Of a stretch of 64,000 bases of DNA, positions 1-9,257 are shown in pieces; positions within the stretch are counted from its first letter, which is position 1, and every line of letters begins with the position of its first letter. Source of the DNA: an uncultured Alphaproteobacteria bacterium (GTDB lineage Bacteria; Pseudomonadota; Alphaproteobacteria; CAAHEQ01; UBA3637). The notes below the pieces were generated by a model that saw only the letters and a program-made list of their open reading frames with translations, was not told where the DNA came from and ran no database searches. The translations under genes were made by a program, and so were the position numbers. The DNA is taken from contig CALXZG010000004.1 in NCBI GenBank assembly GCA_944393195.1, positions 5,028-69,027 of the forward strand, read 5' to 3'.

Positions 1-8
1 CACCGGCT

Positions 9-1250
9 ATGCGGAATAATCCGCCGCCGATGTGGGTGGCCCCGATTGAACGGGCGGAAATGACGGATGGAAAGTCGGATGTACAAGACGAAACGGCGGA
101 CCGGGTGTTGGCCGGTCGACCGACAGATATTTTAAATGCCGGTATCGGAGCGGAAGAGGCTTTGCCGGAAGCGTTTGTTCCGGTTGCGGCGGATGAAAAA
201 ACGGAGCCGAAAAAAAATTGTTTGTGGATTGTGTTGATATACGTATTGGCAATTGGCGGTTTTTGTTGGGCTGCGTGGTCGTATCGGGATATTTTAATGC
301 CGTCTTTTTACGGATTTGCGCCGGCTAAAACAGAAGTTGTCAAGTCGGCCGTTCAATCGGATGCGTCTGTCAAAACGGTTGGGGCACAATCAACCGGTGG
401 GGCGGCTTCATCGATTCAGTCCGCAAAGCAGTCGGAGCGTCAGGGGGGGGGCTTGACCGCCAAAACAAAACCGACGGAAAAGGCTTCGGGGCATCGTGTT
501 CCAACGAAAAAAAATGAGGTAGCTAATGCAGTTCCTCCCGTGGCAGATGTGAAAGAGACAAAAACGGCCGAGGATTCGCGGGCCGACGGTCGAATTCGGG
601 TGGTCGGCCTTACCCCGGCGCATCAGATTGAATCGAAAGGGACGGTGATTGACACAACGAAAAAGGCGGTTTTACCGGCCGTTAAAACCGATGTGACGAC
701 AGAAAAGTCGGCGGCTTTATCGACGAATGAGAAAAAAACGGCGGATCAAGCGGTTTCGGAACCGAAAAAGAATGATCCGTCAAATGATGTTGTCGCAGGG
801 GCGGATGCCGGGAATACAACCGTCGTGAAACAGAGGGTAACCGATTCGGATGTTGATGAAATCCGGAAAACGGATAGTGGAAACGATGTGGGGGAACTGG
901 TCGCCGATATGACGTCGGTGGCAGAGCAGCCTTTGTTGGATATTGTGGCAGAGCCGATTCCGGCCGCTTTGGAGAATGAATTGGTGATAGAGAATGTTCG
1001 GTTTCATATTGCGCCGAATGAACAGGGCGTTTCCCAGATGTTGATTGAAGGCTCTGTTTTGAATCGGGCGGCCGCTTTACGATCGGTTCCTGTACTCACC
1101 GCGACGGTATGGGATGAAAACAGTCAGATTTTGGAGCGGAAAAAGGTTCATGTGGCGCAAGAGCATCTGAACCCGTCGGAATCGGTTTCTTTTTACACGA
1201 GTTTAGTGCCGGCACCGGTCGGGGCGCATCATGTGGATGTGACTTTTTAG
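9..1250 (+). CDS. Membrane-anchored protein with DUF3426-like C-terminal module; probably 5'-truncated by the window edge
   Basis: Frame is open to the window start. One TM segment (CLWIVLIYVLAIGGFCWAAW), then a long K/T/A/V-rich low-complexity linker and a beta-rich C-terminal ~100 aa that resembles DUF3426 of MJ0042-type zinc-ribbon proteins (from memory). Confidence 0.5.
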   Translation: MRNNPPPMWVAPIERAEMTDGKSDVQDETADRVLAGRPTDILNAGIGAEEALPEAFVPVAADEKTEPKKNCLWIVLIYVLAIGGFCWAAWSYRDILMPSFYGFAPAKTEVVKSAVQSDASVKTVGAQSTGGAASSIQSAKQSERQGGGLTAKTKPTEKASGHRVPTKKNEVANAVPPVADVKETKTAEDSRADGRIRVVGLTPAHQIESKGTVIDTTKKAVLPAVKTDVTTEKSAALSTNEKKTADQAVSEPKKNDPSNDVVAGADAGNTTVVKQRVTDSDVDEIRKTDSGNDVGELVADMTSVAEQPLLDIVAEPIPAALENELVIENVRFHIAPNEQGVSQMLIEGSVLNRAAALRSVPVLTATVWDENSQILERKKVHVAQEHLNPSESVSFYTSLVPAPVGAHHVDVTF

Positions 1251-1259
1251 GGGGAATCG

Positions 1260-1979
1260 GTGAGGCGCTTTATCGTTTTTGTCGGGATGATGTTGGTATG
1301 TCGGGGGACGTTTGCGGCGTGCCCCCGGGCGGAGGAGATCGTGCGGCAAGAAGGATTGGCGGCGGCGATGCCTTTGTATGAACAGTGTGCTTTGCGGGAA
1401 AATGATGATGAAACGCAATACTATTTGGGACAGGTATATGAGGTCGGGCGGGATGGCATTGTTCCGAATGTACAGCGGGCGTTATTGTTTTATCATTTAA
1501 GTGCCGAGGCCGGTAATGCCGAAGCGCAGGTATCTTTGGCACAATTGTTGACGACCTTGGATAACAATGATGCTTTGCGTCCCGAAATAGCGATTTATCA
1601 GGAAAAAATCGGGAGCATGTTGCAAAAAGGCGGACAATCATCGTTTCGGGGAGAATTGTTGCATCCGTATGCTTTATTAATGTTGGCGGCGGAAAAGCCG
1701 GATGCAAAATGGTTTTATGACAGCTCGGTAGTGCGGTCGGCGCGGGCGGCGCAAGCATTCAAGCAGTATCAGATTACGCCGGATAAAAAGGAGGCGGCGG
1801 TACAGGCGGCAACAGCATGGAAACAACGAAAGATGTTGGAACGGGCCCGGGCGGTTTTATCGGTTGAAGAATATCGGCAGTTTTACGAAAAGCTTTATCC
1901 CGAACAGGGACGAAGCGATGATTTCACACGGGCGCGTTTATTACAGAAATTAAAAGAAAGAATAACGGAAAGCAAATGA
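1260..1979 (+). CDS. Sel1-like repeat (TPR-class) protein with N-terminal signal sequence
   Basis: GTG start. Hydrophobic N-terminus (FIVFVGMMLVCRGTFAAC). Sel1-type repeat text YYLGQVYEVGRDG..A..FYHLSAEAGNAEAQVSLAQLL. Confidence 0.6.
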   Translation: MRRFIVFVGMMLVCRGTFAACPRAEEIVRQEGLAAAMPLYEQCALRENDDETQYYLGQVYEVGRDGIVPNVQRALLFYHLSAEAGNAEAQVSLAQLLTTLDNNDALRPEIAIYQEKIGSMLQKGGQSSFRGELLHPYALLMLAAEKPDAKWFYDSSVVRSARAAQAFKQYQITPDKKEAAVQAATAWKQRKMLERARAVLSVEEYRQFYEKLYPEQGRSDDFTRARLLQKLKERITESK

Positions 1980-3292
1980 AAAAGGTATATATTAAAACGT
2001 TCGGATGTCAAATGAACATGTATGATTCGGCGCGGATGGGGGATGCGTTGGGTGTTTTGGGATATGTCAAAACCGAAGTGCCGGCCGAGGCCGATATTTT
2101 ATTGTTGAATACGTGTCATATTCGGGAAAAGGCTTCCGAAAAGTTGTTTTCCGAAGTCGGGCGGATGAATGAAGTAAAGCAGGCTCGGCGGGCACAGGGA
2201 TTGGATACGTTGTTAATTGTTGCCGGATGTGTGGTGCAGGCCGGCGGGGAAGAGTTGTTACGGCGGGCGCATGCAGTTGATATTGCCGTGGGGCCGCAGA
2301 ATTATCATCGGTTACCGGAGTTGGTGACGCAATTTAACCGGAAAAAAGGGCGGGTAGTTGTTGCGGACTTTCCGGCCGAATCCAAGTTTGACTTTTTGCC
2401 GGAGACGCGGGCGCGGGGGGCTTCGTGCTTTTTGGCGGTACAGGAAGGGTGTGATCATTTTTGTTCGTATTGTGTTGTTCCGTATACGCGCGGGTGTGAA
2501 TATTCCCGGCCGGCGGATGAAATTTTGGCGGAAGCGCGGCAATTGGTGGCGACGGGTGCCAAAGAAATTATGTTGTTGGGACAAAACGTTAACGGTTGGC
2601 ACGGGGAAGGCGCACGTGATTTAGGGGATATTATTCGGATGATGGCGGAAATTGACGGATTGGAACGAATCCGGTATACGACGTCCTACCCCTCCGAAAT
2701 GACGGATAACATTATTACGGCGCATCGGGATGTGCCACAGTTAATGCCGTATATTCATTTACCGATTCAATCGGGTAGCGATACGGTCTTAAAGGCGATG
2801 AATCGGCAATATACGGCGGATCAATATTGTGAGATCGTGGATCGTTTCCGTGCCGTTCGCCCGGATATCGCCATATCGTCGGATTTTATTGTCGGCTTTC
2901 CGGGGGAAACGGAGTCGGATTTTGAACAGACAATGGCTCTTGTCCAACGGGTCGGATATGCCAGTTCTTTTTCTTTCAAGTTTAGTGCGCGGCCGGGAAC
3001 GCCCGCCAGTTTGATGAAGCATCAGGTTGCGGAAGCGGTAAAAACAGAACGTTTAATGCGGCTACAAGAATTATTGTTGGCGCAACAAAAAGCATTCAAT
3101 CTCGGTACAATCGGCAAAACACTTGATGTTTTAATGGTCGAGCGAGGAAAAGAAAAAGGACAGATTTCCGGTTATACGCCTTATTTGCAAAACACACACG
3201 TTGTGGCGGATAAGGCTTTGTTGGGACAGATCGTTCGTGTCAATATCACCGGTGCTACCGCCACATCTCTGACCGGTCGAATAGTAGACTAG
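1976..3292 (+). CDS. miaB: tRNA-2-methylthio-N6-dimethylallyladenosine synthase (radical SAM methylthiotransferase)
   Basis: N-terminus MKKVYIKTFGCQMNMYDS. Radical SAM motif CDHFCSYCVVPYTRG. TRAM-like C-terminus. ATGA overlap with the upstream gene. Confidence 0.9.
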   Translation: MKKVYIKTFGCQMNMYDSARMGDALGVLGYVKTEVPAEADILLLNTCHIREKASEKLFSEVGRMNEVKQARRAQGLDTLLIVAGCVVQAGGEELLRRAHAVDIAVGPQNYHRLPELVTQFNRKKGRVVVADFPAESKFDFLPETRARGASCFLAVQEGCDHFCSYCVVPYTRGCEYSRPADEILAEARQLVATGAKEIMLLGQNVNGWHGEGARDLGDIIRMMAEIDGLERIRYTTSYPSEMTDNIITAHRDVPQLMPYIHLPIQSGSDTVLKAMNRQYTADQYCEIVDRFRAVRPDIAISSDFIVGFPGETESDFEQTMALVQRVGYASSFSFKFSARPGTPASLMKHQVAEAVKTERLMRLQELLLAQQKAFNLGTIGKTLDVLMVERGKEKGQISGYTPYLQNTHVVADKALLGQIVRVNITGATATSLTGRIVD

Positions 3293-3337
3293 CCTTTTGA
3301 TTTTGGGGAAATTACCCGACGGATTCAAACCGATGGT

Positions 3338-4813
3338 TTACGGTTTGGGTGGTGGCGGCGGTGGAATTTTGCCGGCCCGATGACGGGCAAAATCCGGATG
3401 CAAGCTTTCGGCGTATGAGAAGAATTGTTCCAATTCAAAGTTTTTGAGTTGCTTACTGCTGATCACATTTCGGCCGAACGGATTAACCGTTTTATTGTTT
3501 TTCCAGACTTCAAAGTGGACGTGCGGACCGGTTGAACGACCGGTACTACCCACATAGCCGATGACTTCGCCGCGTTTGACTTGGGAGCCGACTTTTAAAT
3601 CTTGACGATATCCGTTCATATGACCGTATGCCGATTGATACCCGTCGGCATGGCGGATACGGATATATTTGCCGTAGGCGCCTTTCCGCCCCAGTTGGGT
3701 AATGGTCCCGTCGGCGGCGGCCTGAATCGGTGTATTCATCGGTGCGGCCAAATCGACACCATGATGGAAAATTTCGTACATTAAAATCGGATGCCGGCGT
3801 TTGCCGTATGGAGAAGAAAGACGGGAGCGTCCTTTCAAAGGGCGCTTCAATAAGCTTTTTTCCCCGCTTCGGCCGCGGGCATCATAAAACATGGGGGTGC
3901 CGGTGGCATCCGTATAAGCATACCGATTGTATTCTTTATCCCCGACTTTCAGGCCGATAAACAACAGTTGTTTTCGACCGATTTCCAAACCGCCGGGGGT
4001 TGTTTTCGTTTCAAATATGACATCGAATGTATCACCGGGTTTTAGGTCGCTGTAAAAATCAACCTCACCATCCAAGGCGGCGGTAACCTGAGCGATAACC
4101 GATCCCGGAATACCGGCTTTGGCGGCCGATCCGGAAAAGGTATGTTCGATAGAACCTTGTTTCCGAATCGTTTGTGTTTCAATGCGTCCGGCCGCGGAAA
4201 AAGGTGTCCAGCCACCGTCTTTTTCCCGTAAAACGGCGATGTTTTCCCCTTCTTTGACTTGAATGGACAGACCGGCCAATGTGCCGTCTTTTTCCCAAAA
4301 CAGGATAAAGCCCATGCCGGGGCGGAGGCTTTTCAGGTCAATCATGATTTCCAGCGCGTCGGCAATCGCCATGCGATCCGTCACGTTTACTTTTTCGTCG
4401 GATAACAAACCCAGCAGGCTATCGCCCTTTTCGAGGGTTTGCAATGTCATGTCGATTTCGCCCAGTTGTGCCCGTCGTTCGATTTCATCCAATGATGCCA
4501 AGGTGCGCGATTCGACCGGAGCGTCGCCTAAATCGGTGTGAACCTTTTCGACGGCATCGGGATTTAAGGTTTGTTCTACCGGTGTTGTGCCGCCTGTTTC
4601 CGATGTTGTCGACGGAAGAATAAAGAAGGGAAATGTGGCCGCACATAACATAAACATTAAAAACAGAGATAAATCTATTTTTTTACGATGTTTGGCAACA
4701 CCGACTTTTTTATACGCTTTATACCTTAGAACGCGTGAGCGTTGGAGAGCTTTATACATTTTGGGTTTTATTGTCATGCTGGGTATTGTCGCCGATTTGG
4801 TGACAGAAGTCAA
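3338..4813 (-). CDS. M23 family metallopeptidase (membrane-anchored murein endopeptidase-like)
   Basis: HHGVDLAAP...DG, GHMNGY and GSTGRSTGPHVHFEV motifs. N-terminal TM segment. C-terminal poly-Pro tail. Confidence 0.85.
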   Translation of the reverse strand: MTSVTKSATIPSMTIKPKMYKALQRSRVLRYKAYKKVGVAKHRKKIDLSLFLMFMLCAATFPFFILPSTTSETGGTTPVEQTLNPDAVEKVHTDLGDAPVESRTLASLDEIERRAQLGEIDMTLQTLEKGDSLLGLLSDEKVNVTDRMAIADALEIMIDLKSLRPGMGFILFWEKDGTLAGLSIQVKEGENIAVLREKDGGWTPFSAAGRIETQTIRKQGSIEHTFSGSAAKAGIPGSVIAQVTAALDGEVDFYSDLKPGDTFDVIFETKTTPGGLEIGRKQLLFIGLKVGDKEYNRYAYTDATGTPMFYDARGRSGEKSLLKRPLKGRSRLSSPYGKRRHPILMYEIFHHGVDLAAPMNTPIQAAADGTITQLGRKGAYGKYIRIRHADGYQSAYGHMNGYRQDLKVGSQVKRGEVIGYVGSTGRSTGPHVHFEVWKNNKTVNPFGRNVISSKQLKNFELEQFFSYAESLHPDFARHRAGKIPPPPPPKP

Positions 4814-5772
4814 GATAAAAGATGTTTGGCTATTTTAACGGCGTTCAGGGCGGCACCGGTACGGATGCTGTCCGACACGACCCAGAAGTGCAGGACATGC
4901 GGGGATGCGGCGTCTGTTGTTGGGTGTTCGATAAAGATACGGTCTTCGGTTTCAACGTCTTGTGTCGTAATGGTGATATAGTCCATTTCGCCGGCCAAAA
5001 CGTGGCAACAGGGATGTTTATCAAACAGACGTCGCAATCGTTTAGGGGAGCAGGGGCGGCGGGTTGTCAGGGTAACGGCATAACATTCGCCGAGGAGAAT
5101 GGGTGTCAGGCACCCGGCAATAAAGGTTGGAAAAGACAGCAATTGTTCCATTTGTTTCATGCTACGGCGGGGGAGACAGGGATCGGCTTCCGGAATTAGG
5201 TTGAAAGCTTGAATTTTGCGAAAAGGGCCGAGAGGCGGTTCCTGACGCGTATAGAGGCAGCGCGTTTGATCAATCAGGGCCTGTGCCGATTCGAGGCCGA
5301 ATTCGGAAGCGCTGAGCAAAGCGGTAACGGTAGCGTAATCAATATGAAAGGAGCGGTGAATCGGGGAAAGAATTTGCGCCAACGTGACGGTCATACCGGT
5401 CGGATTTGCAATTTGGCGGTTGGGGGCTTGTTCGGCTTGACGTATGTTCAGCGAGGGAATAATAACCGGAGCATGGGTTAATAAACCGGCGCAGTCAATA
5501 ATCCAACAACCGTGGTGGGCGGCCTCTTCTTTATATTCGGCCAAAATGGATGAAACGCATAGAAAGACCAGCTCTACATCGGCAAAGTTAAAATCATCCA
5601 AGGCTTCAACGGTCAGAAAGCCGTCGCAATACGGAATCATGGTGCCGGCGTTTTGGTGGGCATCCAAAGCATAGACGCGCGCGGCTGGAAAATCACGATC
5701 GGACAGGCAGGCCAAAACGGCTTGGCCGATATGGGTTAACGCGCCGATAACGGCAACGGATTGTTTGGGCAT
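4810..5772 (-). CDS. USG-1 family protein (aspartate-semialdehyde dehydrogenase paralog)
   Basis: Rossmann-like N-terminus VAVIGALTHIGQAV. The C-terminus HFWVVSDSIRTGAALNAVKIAKHL matches the E. coli USG-1 C-terminal text as I remember it. The Asd NPNCS catalytic motif reads ANPTGMT here. Confidence 0.6.
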   Translation of the reverse strand: MPKQSVAVIGALTHIGQAVLACLSDRDFPAARVYALDAHQNAGTMIPYCDGFLTVEALDDFNFADVELVFLCVSSILAEYKEEAAHHGCWIIDCAGLLTHAPVIIPSLNIRQAEQAPNRQIANPTGMTVTLAQILSPIHRSFHIDYATVTALLSASEFGLESAQALIDQTRCLYTRQEPPLGPFRKIQAFNLIPEADPCLPRRSMKQMEQLLSFPTFIAGCLTPILLGECYAVTLTTRRPCSPKRLRRLFDKHPCCHVLAGEMDYITITTQDVETEDRIFIEHPTTDAASPHVLHFWVVSDSIRTGAALNAVKIAKHLLS

Positions 5773-5936
5773 ACCGCCTTCCTCCTTTAATCAATTATTG
5801 GTTATATAGGATGGAAAAGAGTTTTGATTCAACGGCTTCTTTGGTCGATATTTCTTTGTAACAATTTGAAATAATCATTGATTTGCTTTTTATGTCGGGG
5901 GTCGGTATGATGACCCCATAACAAAACCAAGGGGGT

Positions 5937-6887
5937 TTGATGAACGCGGAAATTAAAATGATGACATCTTATAAATATTGTGAGAAAACCTTACAGAATG
6001 CTATTCCCTGTTCCGGTATCGGGTTGCATGGCGGGAAAAAAGTCAATATGACGTTGCATCCGGCTCCGATCGGAACGGGTGTTGTCTTTCGGCGCGTTGA
6101 TGTGACCGATCGGGATAACCTGATCCCTGCGACGTATGACCGTGTCGTGGATACGCGGATGTGTTCTTGTGTCGGGAATGAGGCCGGTGTTACGGTTTCG
6201 ACGATTGAGCATTTAATGGGGGCTTTGCACGGGTTCGGGATTACGAATGTCATCATTGATGTCGACAGTCCGGAAGTGCCGGTATTGGACGGTTCGGCCA
6301 TGGGCTATGTGACGTTGATTGAATGTGCCGGTATTTTAGAGCAGGATGCGCCGCTTAAAGCCATTAAGATTTTAAAGGATGTCAGTTTCGCAGACGGAAA
6401 AGGGGCCGAAGTTTGCTTATATCCGGCGGACGAGGGGTTGAGCCTGGACTTTATGATTGATTTTAAGCAATCACGGGCGATCGGGCGGCAGGAATATTCG
6501 ATTCGGTTAACGCCGCGGACATTTAAGGATGCGATCGCGTATGCCCGGACTTTTGGTTTTGCCCAGGAAGTTGAGATGATGCGTTCTATGGGATTGGCCA
6601 AGGGCGGATCATTGGATAATGCGATTGTGGTTGACGGGGATCAGGTTGTTAATCCGGAAGGATTGCGCAGCGATAATGAATTTGTGGTTCACAAAACGTT
6701 GGATGCCGTCGGTGATTTGTATCAATTGGGTATGCCGATTATCGGACATTTTTCGGGTGTCAAGTCCGGACATATGCATACAAACACGTTGTTGCGCCAA
6801 TTAATGGCGGACGAAAGCGCGTATGAAATTGTTACGTTGGATGCGTATGAAGCATCTTTGTTAACGGCATCACGTCGGTCGGCTTAG
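5937..6887 (+). CDS. lpxC: UDP-3-O-acyl-N-acetylglucosamine deacetylase
   Basis: LQNAIPCSGIGLHGGKKVNMTLHPAPIGTGVVFRRVD and HMHTN motifs. The start could be one of the downstream in-frame ATGs. Confidence 0.9.
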   Translation: MMNAEIKMMTSYKYCEKTLQNAIPCSGIGLHGGKKVNMTLHPAPIGTGVVFRRVDVTDRDNLIPATYDRVVDTRMCSCVGNEAGVTVSTIEHLMGALHGFGITNVIIDVDSPEVPVLDGSAMGYVTLIECAGILEQDAPLKAIKILKDVSFADGKGAEVCLYPADEGLSLDFMIDFKQSRAIGRQEYSIRLTPRTFKDAIAYARTFGFAQEVEMMRSMGLAKGGSLDNAIVVDGDQVVNPEGLRSDNEFVVHKTLDAVGDLYQLGMPIIGHFSGVKSGHMHTNTLLRQLMADESAYEIVTLDAYEASLLTASRRSA

Positions 6888-6948
6888 ACGTCGGATATCA
6901 TGGTGACGAATCTTCGGTTTTAGGAACCGTATCGGGTTTCATCGGGAA

Positions 6949-6978
6949 AAGAGGGAGCGCAGCTTCCTCTTTTTTTTT
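6949..6978 (+). terminator. Intrinsic terminator after lpxC
   Basis: Stem gagggag/cttcctc (one G-U pair), 5-nt loop, followed by a run of 9 T. Confidence 0.7.
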
Positions 6979-7070
6979 AAAGAAAAAAGATTTTCTTTTT
7001 AAAAGAATGTTTGACTTGCGGGATAAAGAATGTTATTTTGACAGAAAAGATGGCCATGAAAGGGTATAAC

Positions 7071-7568
7071 ATGAAACAGATATTTGTTGTTGTTATCGGA
7101 TTGATGTTGTTGGGGGGATGTGCTTCGTCTGTGACGGAAAACCGGGAAAGTCGGTCGACGGTATACGAGGGGCAGACAACGTGGGATTTGTATGAAAATT
7201 TCGGTGTGCCGAGTCGGGCATTACAAACCGGACCGAACGAGTTTCAGTTTTATTATCATAAAGAGGCCATTACGCGTGATTGGACGCGGATGTATTATGA
7301 TTATTGCGATACGGTTTTTGTGGTGGTGGATGATCGTGTCGTGGATTGGGATCAAACGGGTAATCAATGTTATATCAATGTAGCCGAAGGTGTTCGGGAT
7401 ACAAGCGGCCGTTTGACCGAGGAAGAGGACAAGGGTTACTATGATGAAACGGCGGTCGAGGATGGTTATGATGCGGATGAATCAATGTCCGAAAATGATT
7501 ATTATGTGAATGAAAGACGTAATCGGCAGCCGACTGTTTCGGAGTATGATACACCGACGTTGTTTTAA
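7071..7568 (+). CDS. Small lipoprotein, unknown function (paralog of 7666..8034)
   Basis: Signal peptide with lipobox MKQIFVVVIGLMLLGGCASS. Shares the C-terminal block VFVVVDDRVVDWDQTGNQC with its neighbour. Acidic D/E/Y-rich tail. Confidence 0.6.
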   Translation: MKQIFVVVIGLMLLGGCASSVTENRESRSTVYEGQTTWDLYENFGVPSRALQTGPNEFQFYYHKEAITRDWTRMYYDYCDTVFVVVDDRVVDWDQTGNQCYINVAEGVRDTSGRLTEEEDKGYYDETAVEDGYDADESMSENDYYVNERRNRQPTVSEYDTPTLF

Positions 7569-7589
7569 CCGGTAAACAATCTGTATTTC

Positions 7590-7615
7590 AGGCGGGGAGA
7601 CCCGCCTTTTGTTTA
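7590..7615 (+). terminator. Intrinsic terminator
   Basis: ggcggg-gaga-cccgcc hairpin followed by ttttgttt. Confidence 0.65.
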
Positions 7616-7665
7616 TCTTGTGATTTTAGGGAAATCCCTTATATGAAAAACAGGGAGGGGTTTTC

Positions 7666-8034
7666 ATGTTGAAACGGGTTGCATTGGTTGTGAGTTTGTC
7701 TGTATTATTCGGATGTATGTCATCGGAGGCGATTTACCGGCGAAATATGCAGGCATGGGTCGGACGGACACCGGAACAGCTTGTCACCGAATGGGGAACA
7801 CCGACGCAGGTTATGACAGACGGAGACAAACAATTCTTTATTTATCGGACGGAAAAACAAGCTCCTTTGCCGAACCAGATGGTTTATGACACGACGGCTA
7901 ATCCGCCGATTTTGTTGCCCATCAATGAAACAACCACATATCAAGAAACATTCTTCTGTGAAACCACATTCGTTGTGCAAAATGACCGCATTACGGATTG
8001 GCTTTCCGAAGGCAATGCCTGTCGGGCTGACTAA
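7666..8034 (+). CDS. Small lipoprotein, unknown function (paralog of 7071..7568)
   Basis: Lipobox LSVLFGCMSS. C-terminal block TFVVQNDRITDWLSEGNAC parallels the upstream gene. Confidence 0.6.
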   Translation: MLKRVALVVSLSVLFGCMSSEAIYRRNMQAWVGRTPEQLVTEWGTPTQVMTDGDKQFFIYRTEKQAPLPNQMVYDTTANPPILLPINETTTYQETFFCETTFVVQNDRITDWLSEGNACRAD

Positions 8035-8065
8035 ACGGTTCCTTTCTTTTTGTCATCACAGGTAG

Positions 8066-8099
8066 CGTCGTCGTTCCGTTCGGGGCGACGATGTCTTTT
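8066..8099 (+). terminator. Probable intrinsic terminator
   Basis: 8-bp stem cgtcgtcg/cgacgatg (one G-U pair) followed by tctttt. Confidence 0.45.
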
Positions 8100-8171
8100 A
8101 AGGTTGGGTATCTTTTGAGGATACTATAAAATTTACTTGCTTTTTCATTAAAATATCGGCACAATGACGGC

Positions 8172-9257
8172 ATGAAAAAAGCGTACTTTTTAAAACGATT
8201 GGCTTTGATACCGGTGACGTTGTTCGGTATTATGGCCTTAAATTTTATATTTGTTCAGGCTGCACCGGGCGGGCCGGTTGAACAAATGATGATGAAGCTG
8301 GACGGTCAATCGGTCAGTGCAACGGCACGCATCAGTGGCGGTAGCGGTGATATGGCGCGGGGTGGGGATCCCTCCTCTTATCGCGGTATGCAGGGGTTAC
8401 GGGAAGAATTTCGGCAAGAATTGGCCGTTCGATTCGGGTTTGACAAGCCGATGTGGGAACGGTTCGTGATGATGATGAAAAACTATTTGACATTTGATTT
8501 CGGCAAAAGTTTTTATCAGGATAAAACCGTGATGGCTTTGATTGTCGAAAAAATGCCGGTATCGATTTCTTTGGGCGTTTTCAGCACATTGGTTATTTAT
8601 TTGATTGCTATTCCGCTGGGGATACGTAAGGCGGTACACCGCGGTTCGCGGTTTGATACGATCAGCAGTTGGGCTTTGACGGTCAGTTATGCGGCACCGG
8701 CTTTTTTGTTGGCTATTTTTTTGTTGATTGTATTTGCGGGCGGGCGGTATCTGCAATGGTTCCCGTTGCGGGGATTGGTGTCGGATAATTGGAATGATTT
8801 ATCGTGGCCGATGCGGATTGCGGATTATGTGTGGCATTTAATTTTGCCGATAACGGCTATGGCGGCCGGTGGGATAGCCAGTCTGGCCTTTTTGACCAAA
8901 AACGCTTTTTTGGATGAATTGGGAAAAGCGTATTGTCGGACGGCTAAGGCCAAAGGGGTTGGTACGCGGGGAATTTTATACGGGCATGTTTTTCGAAATG
9001 CGATGTTGATTGTTATTGCGGGATTTCCGTCGTTATTGGTGGGTATGTTGTTTGGCGGTTCGGTTTTGATTGAGGTTATTTTTTCGTTGGACGGATTAGG
9101 CTTGTTAGGGTTTGAGGCCGTTCAAAATCGGGACTATCCCGTTATTTTCGGAACATTGTATTTATTCGGATTAATCGGATTGGTTTTAAATTTGTTGAAC
9201 GATTTGGTTTATACTTTGGTTGATCCGCGTATTCATTTCGGAGCGCGTCGGGCATGA
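8172..9257 (+). CDS. yejB: Microcin C / peptide ABC transporter permease YejB-like
   Basis: Collinear similarity to E. coli YejB as remembered (FIFVQAAPGGPVEQ, RFGFDKP, IPLGIRKAV, FRNAMLIVIAGFP, LVDPRIHF). Confidence 0.8.
   Translation: MKKAYFLKRLALIPVTLFGIMALNFIFVQAAPGGPVEQMMMKLDGQSVSATARISGGSGDMARGGDPSSYRGMQGLREEFRQELAVRFGFDKPMWERFVMMMKNYLTFDFGKSFYQDKTVMALIVEKMPVSISLGVFSTLVIYLIAIPLGIRKAVHRGSRFDTISSWALTVSYAAPAFLLAIFLLIVFAGGRYLQWFPLRGLVSDNWNDLSWPMRIADYVWHLILPITAMAAGGIASLAFLTKNAFLDELGKAYCRTAKAKGVGTRGILYGHVFRNAMLIVIAGFPSLLVGMLFGGSVLIEVIFSLDGLGLLGFEAVQNRDYPVIFGTLYLFGLIGLVLNLLNDLVYTLVDPRIHFGARRA

Noticed and set aside
4810-5772. Asd-like protein lacking the catalytic Cys (ANPTGMT instead of NPNCS); considered as a novel pseudoenzyme.
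   Set aside because: The C-terminus and overall pattern match the USG-1 family. As I remember the E. coli sequence, that family already lacks this Cys, so this is a known family trait rather than a new observation.
7011-7070. Upstream start (7011) for the first lipoprotein.
   Set aside because: The extension adds 20 aa before a textbook lipoprotein signal peptide. ATG 7071 is the natural start.
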